From Chiloscyllium plagiosum (taxonomy: Eukaryota), in assembly GCF_004010195.1 (NCBI RefSeq), contig NC_057758.1, positions 3,602,269 through 3,632,556 on the forward strand: DNA of 30,288 bases, in the 5' to 3' direction. The notes below the pieces were generated by a model. That model was not told the origin of the DNA, did not search any database, and saw only the letters and a program-made list of their open reading frames with translations. The position numbers and the translations under genes were made by a program. Positions 22,801 to 30,288 of the stretch are shown one piece after another; the first letter of the stretch is position 1, and each line of letters starts with the position of its first letter.

Positions 22801-23018
22801 ACAACGACTGATGAATTTCCAGTTCCACGGATGGAGGACTGCGTCGAAAAGTTGGGGCAAGCAACTTACTTTTCTAAGTTGGACTTGCTCAGAGGTTACT
22901 GATAAGAACCGCTGTCATAGACAGCAACGACAATTTCGGCTCTCATATCGTAAAATGAACTATATAATTTCAAAGTTATAACGTTTAGTATGAAAACGTT
23001 CCAGTCACATTTCAGAGA
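19807..23018 (+). pseudogene. Decayed gag-pol of a Gmr1-like Ty3/Gypsy LTR retrotransposon (gag-PR-IN-RT order), 3' truncated
   Basis: Gag start MVLSVVKRF..; knuckle RCFYCNIVGQ (about 20430); PR TI*RDT (about 20690); IN HLGITKT..HFY*PG..CHTCQ (about 21415-21520), RVLTDFKGPLP, EIQSEQ, STAHHLESLGA, FSGPF..VCHVN; RT HDVDT..PMKQHPYR, PKPDG..LCVEFRNVNA..FPVPRMEDC..SKLDLLRGY (22586-22900). Many stops and frameshifts. Confidence 0.93.
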
Positions 23019-23429
23019 TTTTCGGTTTTCCTCTCCAAAGCACAATCTTTCTCTAACGGATGTCTCTCGCAATTTTCTTTTGAAAATATATTGGTTGTCA
23101 TTCGAAGGCATTCAGCAGAGGTTTATTGAACTGGATCTGAGTCCGGGCAGTGTTTAATATTATTATTGTAATCACAAGGTTCGGCTGATTTACAAAATAG
23201 TGGGATGAAGATTCTGCCAATTAAAATCATGTCATGTCTGTAAATGAACATTCCAACTGCTGCATGTCCTACTCTCCCCAAAAGGATAAAAAAAAACTTT
23301 GACGTTTGGAATTATTACTGAATGATTTCATTCAAAATAGGAAAGAAATAACATGTTTCAAATAAAAGTGTTACTTGAATTTCCCTTTTTAGAGCACATT
23401 GAAATCCACAATAAAATCAAGTATATTTG

Positions 23430-23632
23430 TCTCAGCAAAATGACAGGGAATTCATGTCTGCCAAACATGTTGATTATATTGTAATGGTGGCAAGAAGGAC
23501 AAAAAGGAAAATTTTAGCTGTGATATAATTGGATTTTCAAAGACGTTTGTTGCGGTACTGCACATAAAGCTAACAATAAGACAAGTGCTCATGGAGAACA
23601 GCGTGGATAGTGAACTAGCTGACTAATAGAAT
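23430..23632 (+). mobile_element. Old CR1 RT fragment
   Basis: gctgtgatataattggattttcaaagacgtttgttgcggtactgcac resembles the D.IYLDFQKAFDKVPH motif. Confidence 0.6.
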
Positions 23633-24244
23633 GTTCTGAACCTTTTTGACATGCTAAAATGCTGGTTTACAATTATTTCCGAGATACATTAAGTGTGACA
23701 ATGGCACATAGAAGTATGACATTAAATGTTGAGCATTTGGTAGAATGCATCCAATGAGAGAAGCAGGAACTAAATTCTTTGGCAAGACGGAGATTTGCAC
23801 TTCCGTGCTCCAATTGACAAACAAGGTTTTCTTGTTCAACCCTGCTTTCTTAATCAGAATTTCACCTTTTGTTTGTAAGAAATTCAAATGTTTCTCTTTA
23901 GTTCGCAGTCAACTTAAACTGACTGTAGACAACATGACACAATAAAGTAAATTCAGTGCATGCTGAGATGTGACAGCAGATTATTGAGATTGAGAATGAC
24001 AACAAGTGTTTTCAAATTTCCAAGACATCTCTGACAGAACAGACAGCGACAATGTGACATTTCATTTCCCCGGATTGTATAGGAATTATATCCGAAAAGT
24101 CCGAAAGGTCAGTGTTACTCAATATTATATAATGAATTCATTCAGAAGCAAATCCACAGAAAAAAAAATTTGACGCAACACAGCGACATATTTCTTTTTT
24201 TTAAAATGTCTGAGCCGTGGAGAGTCTGTCACTAAACGTTGACC

Positions 24245-24570
24245 CTGAAATTCCAAAGAATATTTGTCCTTGCAGTAAATATCACCAACAGTTTACGCTG
24301 GACCATCCCGGTCGAATCAACAGTCAAGAAAGCACACCAAAGCCTTGATTCCCCAGGCAGTTAGGGAAAGTCAGCATATTCTCAATGCCTCTTACATAGT
24401 TTCATGGAAACACCATAGAAAGCCTCCGATCTCGAGCCAGCACAGCTGGTTATGGCAACTGTTCTGCCTAAGAGCTAGACATTGCACATAATTATGAATG
24501 CAGCCCAAACCATCGCGACAAAAAACCTTCATTCCATTCACTCCATCTACACAACCCTCTACCTCAGGAG
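24245..24570 (+). mobile_element. Rex1/Babar-like non-LTR RT C-terminal fragment
   Basis: Translates (with breaks) to LAVNITNSLRWT..VESTVKKAHQSL; TIESL...TAGYGNCSA; MNAAQTI...NLHSIHSIYT. Confidence 0.75.
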
Positions 24571-24829
24571 CTATTGTGGAGGCTCACACATGGATGTCTC
24601 AGGAAGTGAGTATTTTCTTTTTAACAGAAGTTTGAAAATTGTCTGTTGGACCACTTGAGAATTAGTCTTTTCTTTAAAATTTGGTTGCACAGTGAATAAT
24701 TTGATTTCAGAATTATATGTTTGAATTTGTTATTTGTTGTGTTTTAATTTTCTGCGTGCTTAATATTAAATATTTTCGTTAGGAAAGTCAGTTTATTCTA
24801 GATATAATATGCTACTGAAAGCTTCTTTT

Positions 24830-26255
24830 CACATTCAATGACATCGAGGGTATACAACAGACAGAGAATGAAATGGCTAGCAGATTTAGATATGTGACTA
24901 CAGAGAGGATCAGTCTAAGAATATAGTTCAGAAGTCTCTTCCTCACAGATGCTCAGTTTTAGGTACTGTTGAAGTAGGTAGTCCCTGAGAAAGAATAAAA
25001 AGGAAGAGGTAGCCAAATAAGAACAATGAATTGGATTTTAATCGGGATTTAATAAAATTTAAATGTCTAATTGTTTGAGTGGATACCACTGCCAAGGATA
25101 CAGACACAAGACACTATGGTAGTGGCAGTAAATCTAGGATAGTATGCTGCTTTCTTAGTGCCAAGAGTAAAGGCACAAAAAATAATTATATTGTTGAAGG
25201 GGAAAGTGCGATCCCACTATTACTCGCGTAAATGGTATAAGGCAGTAAGGGAAAAGTTTCAGGCTTCGCAGTTATATAAGATGATCCGTAGAAGATTTAG
25301 AAACGGAAACTCATAGGCATGAACCTCTGGTTTACTCCACTTTCCAAACTCAGATGAGGAAAATAATAAGAATACTAAGAGATAAATCAATGGCTGAAGA
25401 GTTGGTGCAATGTTAAGCGATTCGGTATTCCGATCATTGGGATCCCGTCTGGGGAAGAAAAGGTGATGAAAAAGTACGTTACACCTGTATGAAAGGAAAC
25501 AAAAACGGAGCAAAGGAATTGCTAATTTTACCAAGGAAGACTGAGGCAAATTAAAGAGTGGGTGTGAAATACAACAAGTTGCAGAGTAAATAGAAATATA
25601 TATATAAGAATATATTTAGAACTCAAAGTCTTACGTTACTTATTAAAGACAGATAACATCAATTAAGAGAACGAACTGAATCTGAAAAAAACATCTACAA
25701 AACTGCATTTAGTTCAATGCAAGTGTTCGCATCGGTCAGGCAAACGAACTCAGGGCATGTTTGGAAACATGGAATTAGGACGTTGTAATTGTTTTGGAAA
25801 CTTTAATGAGGGATTGGCATGAATGTACCGGATCGCAGGTGTCATTGCAAGGATAGAAATAGAGGGAACGTGGCGACAGTGTAATGATTTTGATTAAGAG
25901 AAATATAACTGTTTAACGAAAATATATTTCTGAAAAATCGTTCGATGAAAACGTATAGATTGTACCAAGAAAAAAATAGGGAATGATTATTTTGATGGAC
26001 TTGTGCACTGGAGCTCGCAAACCTCACAAGAAATTGAGGAAGAAATATGTCGAGAGATCGCAGATATAATTAAGAATAAAACAATTGTAAGAGTACGAAT
26101 TTGTGTGGTTCAATGCATTGACTGGTGCAGCGATAGTGATAAAGGTTTGGACGGTGCAGGACTTGTTAATTGTGTTAAATAAAATTTTCTTCCTGAATTC
26201 ATAAATTTTCCGACCACAGAATGAATAAAACTAGATCTTCTCCTGAGTATTAAGA
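24830..26255 (+). mobile_element. Heavily decayed CR1 5' part (ORF1 esterase plus ORF2 endonuclease)
   Basis: VCCFLSA (cf. ICCLPGA of the young ORF1); FRYSDHWDPVWGR (cf. FQFLDNWGSFWGR); NCI*FNAS...QANELRACLETWN*DVV (APE N-terminus). Confidence 0.8.
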
Positions 26256-27012
26256 ACAAAAAACATACAACATACAACCTCACAGCGCAGATTAGGCCCT
26301 TCGACAATCGATGTTACGCCGACCTCTGAAACCAATCTGCAGCCCGGCTTATCGACACTATTCCATTTTCATCCATACATTTATCCAATGACCACTTAAA
26401 TGACCTTAAAGCTGGCGAATCTGCTATTGTTGCTGGCTGTCCGATCCGCATTCCTCCTACTGTCTGAATAAAGAAACTACCTCTGACGTCTTTCTAATAT
26501 CGATCACAACTCAATTTAATGCTCTGTCCCTTCATGCCAGCCATTACCACTCGAGGAAAAAGGTTGTCACTCCCCACCCTATCTAACCCTCTGATTGTCT
26601 GATATGTCTCAATTAAGTCAACTTTCAACCTTCTTTTCTATAACGAAAATGCATCAACTCCCTCAGCCTTTCCTCATATGACCTCCACTCCATGCCAGGC
26701 AGCAATCACGTCAATCTCCTTTTAACACTTTCTAACGCTTCCACATATTTCTGGTAATCTGGTGACCACAACTATAAGCAGTACACAAGTGCTGCCACAC
26801 CAGAGTTTTGTGTTGTTGCAACATGACCTCATGGTTCCAAAACTCAATCTTTCTACCAATAAATGGTGACTTACTATATGCCTTCTTAAAAATCTGATCA
26901 ATCTGGGTGGCAACTTTCAGGGATCTATGCACATGGACACGCTGGTCTCTCTGCTCATCGATACAACTAAGAAACTTGCTATTAGCACAGTATTCATTAT
27001 TCAATATTCGTA
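26256..27012 (-). mobile_element. CR1 LINE 3' fragment inserted in inverted orientation
   Basis: Tail aacatacaacatacaac...ggcccttcgac; minus ORF IDEQRDQRVHVHRSLKVATQID. Confidence 0.9.
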
Positions 27013-27019
27013 GCATCAA

Positions 27020-28645
27020 AAAATAATGGTCAGGCACCAACTGAGTGCAGGTTAGCTAACATTTTGCCTTCTTTAAGAGAAGATGTAAGTAGAATCCTGG
27101 GATCGACTGACCTGTGAGTGTGATTTTAATGATGTGAAATTACTTGAAAATGATTCTAAAAGACAAGATGTGTATGCATTTGAAGAGACTAAGTATAATT
27201 AAGGACTGTCTGCATGGTTTCATGCGATGTAAATCCTGTCTGAAAACATGATTGAGTTTTTTCCATGAAGTAGCCAAGAAGATTGACGAGGGCACAGCCG
27301 TCGATATTGTTTACTTCGACGTTAGTAAAGCCTTTACCAATTCTCCACATAGAAAAGTAATTTCCAACGTTTAATCACATGGAAATTAAGGTGACCATAC
27401 CAATTGGATTCCAAATTGATTTCATAGCAGGAGACAAGAGAGTGTGATTGTGTTATGTTATTCGGACTGTAGGACTGTAAGCAGCGGAATAACATAGGGA
27501 TCAGTACTGGGACCGCTCTTGCTTGTCACCTATGTTATGGACCAGGCGCAATCCATTTTAGAAATGTAGCTGAGACCCTAACATTCTTCTTATTTTACAT
27601 GTCCATGTGTAGTGGGTGTTGCAGGCGTGATGCAACTGGTCAAACCACTCGGCTATAAGCAAAACAGCTTATTAATTTAAAATCTACGGTTGAAACACGT
27701 GCAAAAGAAAACGGAATTTAGATTAACTTAACATTTGGAAAACTTAGTCAAATATTCGATACAGTAATTTACTAATGTACTAATTCAATATCATAACAAG
27801 CCAGAAACACACTCCGTGGCAAAAAGATAAATCAAACGCAGATTCTTGCAAGCAGAACGGAGCAACGTCCATAGAGAGCTCAGGAAAAGTCAGTAAGGAA
27901 TAATTTAATAAAGATTTCAACCTGTTTGTACTCAAACATCTTGTGACTGCAACAGCAAAACAAACAAACTAGAAACACCCTGAACAGGGAGAACTGCGTA
28001 CTCCCCCTGCATTCTTAACCGTTTTGTTTTCAAATAATCTGCAGACTGCCTAAAGCAAGACACTTAGGTGCTTCTGCTTTTACAAACTGTGCTCAAAACA
28101 ATATCAGTAGAGAATAACATTTGTAAAAAGACAGAATAGTGAAACTTATATTACTTACTTCGAGGAGAATATAGAAATCATAGTGGGTAGTGCTGCACTT
28201 AACATCAAGTTTGCTGGTTAGTGGGAAGTGAATATGGCTATCCTGTATTTAAAGAGGTCAAGATCGATTGGGCCAATGGACTGAACAGTGGGCAATCTCG
28301 TTTCGGAGGAATTGTGTTTTGGTAAAACAAAGACAACACTTAAACGATTGCAAGTAGGCCCTTCTGCAATGTTGTAGAAGAGAGACCTGGTGTTTCAATT
28401 TCATATATTTTAAAAATGTTGCGTCACATTTACGTATGGTGGCTAAGAAAGCGTTTAGCATGCTTGCTGTCATTGTTTAGACCTTTGTATATATGAATTT
28501 AGCCGTCACATCAGACTGTACAGGAGATTGGTGAGGCCTCTTCTGGAGTACTCCTTCCAGTTCTACTCTCCCTGTTGTAGGAAGGATATTACTGAACTGC
28601 AAAGGGTTCAGAAGAGCTTTCCCAGAATGTTGCTGGGAATTCAGT
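27020..28645 (+). mobile_element. Decayed CR1 ORF2 RT, interrupted by a solo LTR
   Basis: IDEGTAVDIVYFDVSKAF; *GSVLGPLL; resumes after 28148 with IKFAG.., LVRPLLEY..QF, LQRVQKSFPRML. Confidence 0.9.
27533..28144 (-). mobile_element. Solo LTR (Gypsy-like) nested in CR1
   Basis: About 610 bp noncoding insert splitting CR1 RT. Begins TGTTATGGAC (reverse complement gtccataaca, similar to the LTR end gtccatgaca at 19706). Flanks CCTA (27529-32) and CTTA (28145-48) form a near-perfect 4-bp TSD. Confidence 0.7.
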
Positions 28646-28654
28646 TTTTAATCA

Positions 28655-28962
28655 CTTCTGTCGTTTAAGTGACCTGTATAAGAAGGATGAATTGCACCTA
28701 AATGAGAAGGTGACTAATGCACTGGCGGGGAGATATGCTAAATCTGCTCGTAGGGATTAAAACGAATAAGGTGCTGGAGCGTCGGGGGAAGGTGGAAACA
28801 TCGCGTTGAAAGAAATCAGTCTTAGATTGGTACACTTGGGTAACAGAGCAAGTCAGTCAGTGGAAGCAGGGATAGAGCTGAGAACGAGGCAGAACTGCCA
28901 AATGAATCTACATTTATTTCAACATAAGAGTCTGAACAGGGAAAGCAGATGAACTCAAGGCA
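28655..28962 (+). mobile_element. Old CR1 ORF1-end/ORF2-start fragment
   Basis: DLYKKDELHLN..TNALAGRYA; then YIYFNI..TGKADELKA (APE N-terminus). Confidence 0.8.
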
Positions 28963-29136
28963 GTGCAATGTTCCTCCTGCAACATGTATGAGGTGAGGGA
29001 TGCCATCGACTTCCCTGCCGATTACACTTGCAGGAACAGGGAAAGCAGATGAACTCAAGGCAGTGCAATGTTCCTCCTGCAACATGTATGAGGTGAGGGA
29101 TGCCATCGACTTCCCTGCCGATTACACTTGCAGGAA
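28934..29136 (+). repeat. Perfect 100-bp tandem duplication
   Basis: 28934-29033 is identical to 29034-29133, plus 3 nt (GAA) overlap. Confidence 0.97.
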
Positions 29137-29974
29137 GTGCACCCATCTCCAGCTCCTCCAAGACCGTGTTAGGGAACTGGAGCTGGAGTTGGATGAACTC
29201 CGGATCATTCGGGAGGCAGAGGGGGCCATAGATCAGAGTTATAGGGAAGTAGTAACTCCAAAGATGGCAGATAGATGGGTGACAGTGAGGGGGACTGGGA
29301 GGAAGCAGCCAGTGCAGGGACCCCCTGCGGCCGTTCCCCTCAAGAACAAGTATACCGTTTTGGATACTTGTGGGGGGGATGACTTACCAGGGGTAAGTAA
29401 CGGGGCTCAGGTCTCTGGCACGGAGCCTGTCCCCGTTACTCAGAAGGGAAGGGTGAAGAAGAGCAGAGCAGTAGTAATTGGGGACTCGATAGTTCGTGGC
29501 ACAGATAGGCGGTTTTGTGGGAACGAGAGAGACTCACGTTTGATATGTTGCCTCCCAGGTGCAAGGGTACGTGATGTCTCTGATCGTGGTTTCGGGGTCC
29601 GGGAGGGGGAGGGGGAGCAGCCCGAAGTCGTGGTCCACATTGGCACCAACGACATAGGTAGGAGGAGTGCCGAGGATGTTAGACAGGCTTTCAGGGAGCT
29701 AGGTTGGAAGCTTGGAGTTAGAACAAACAGAGTTGTTGTCTCTGGTTTGTTACCCGTGCCACGTGATAGAGATTCGAGGAATAGGGAGAGAGAACAATTA
29801 AATGCGTGGCTCCAGGGATGGTGCAGGAGGGAGGGGTTCCAGTTTTTGGATAACTGGGGTTCTTTCTGGGGACGGTGGGACCTCTATAAACAGAATGGTC
29901 TACACCTGAACCTGAGGGGCACCAGTATCCTTGGGGGGAGGTTCGCTAGTGCTCTTCGGGGGGGTTTAAACTAA
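29057..29974 (+). CDS. CR1 LINE ORF1p: CxxC...CxxC zinc finger, coiled coil, SGNH/GDSL esterase; native start codon missing
   Basis: Uninterrupted frame: CSSC..CRKC; LQLLQDRVRELELELDEL; blocks VIGDSIVRG, LPGARV, VVHIGTND, NGLHLN. The ORF-track N-terminus (29000-29056) comes from the duplication/junction. Confidence 0.93.
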   Translation, partial: KAVQCSSCNMYEVRDAIDFPADYTCRKCTHLQLLQDRVRELELELDELRIIREAEGAIDQSYREVVTPKMADRWVTVRGTGRKQPVQGPPAAVPLKNKYTVLDTCGGDDLPGVSNGAQVSGTEPVPVTQKGRVKKSRAVVIGDSIVRGTDRRFCGNERDSRLICCLPGARVRDVSDRGFGVREGEGEQPEVVVHIGTNDIGRRSAEDVRQAFRELGWKLGVRTNRVVVSGLLPVPRDRDSRNREREQLNAWLQGWCRREGFQFLDNWGSFWGRWDLYKQNGLHLNLRGTSILGGRFASALRGGLN

Positions 29975-30288
29975 CTCTGCAGGGGCATGGGAACCCAGAT
30001 TGTAGCTTCAGGATGCAGGGCCTGGAGTGTAGGGAGGTGAGGAACATGGCATCAATTTCCAAGGAGGATGCCTGTAAACAGGAAAGTGGCTTGAAGTGTG
30101 TATACTTCAATGCAAGAAGTATACGAAATAAGGTAGGTGAACTTGCAGCGTGGGTTGGTACCTGGGACTTCGATGTTGTGGCTATTACGGAGACATGGCT
30201 AGAACAGGGACAGGATTGGCTGTGGCAGGTTCCAGGATTTAAATGTTGTGGGGGGGGCGGAGGTGGGGGTAAAAGAGGGGGAGGTATG
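29950..30288 (+). CDS. CR1 LINE ORF2p N-terminus (APE-type endonuclease), runs off the window
   Basis: Frame is open from 29950 (after TAG 29947-49); ATGs at 30013 and 30046; LKCVYFNARSIRNKVGELAAWVGTWDFDVVAITETWL. Confidence 0.92.
29962..29971 (+). promoter_or_regulatory. Candidate -1 programmed ribosomal frameshift site (G GGU UUA AAC)
   Basis: Two overlapping X XXY YYZ heptamers in the ORF1 frame immediately before TAA; the -1 frame is ORF2. Confidence 0.65.

Noticed and set aside
19710..23018. Endogenous retrovirus (tRNA-Pro PBS) or Copia element
   Set aside because: RT motifs are Gypsy-like, IN precedes RT, and no env is seen; this fits Gmr1.
29000..29974. Host GDSL lipase/esterase gene
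   Set aside because: Intronless, carries the CR1 zinc finger/coiled coil, and directly overlaps an APE endonuclease ORF2, so it is LINE ORF1.

Overview
Eukaryotic, repeat-dominated DNA. The repeat repertoire (CR1/HER1-type LINEs, an HE1-type V-SINE, Penelope-like elements) points to a cartilaginous fish, probably a shark; this assignment is inference. I found no intact host gene, only a decayed C2H2 zinc-finger array (about 7080-7520, minus strand). Most of the window is nested retroelement debris: many CR1 fragments; a young CR1 with an open Zn-finger/coiled-coil/SGNH-esterase ORF1 and the start of ORF2 at the right edge; two families of Penelope-like elements carrying minimal hammerhead ribozyme motifs; a decayed Gmr1-type Gypsy element (LTR, tRNA-Pro PBS, gag, PR, IN, RT); a solo LTR; and Rex1/Babar fragments. 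A 500-N gap is flanked by a ~1.67 kb duplicated segment. The most interesting signals are (1) an in-frame double slippery site, G GGU UUA AAC, at the CR1 ORF1 stop that would shift -1 into the open ORF2 frame, (2) several hammerhead ribozyme motifs, including a palindromic double-hammerhead mini-element, (3) the Gmr1 IN-before-RT order with a SCAN-like gag remnant near a ZNF relic, and (4) an unclassified paralogous element at about 1.9-2.3 kb and 11.9-12.2 kb with an internal inversion. All comparisons were made by eye from recalled consensus motifs; no searches were run.
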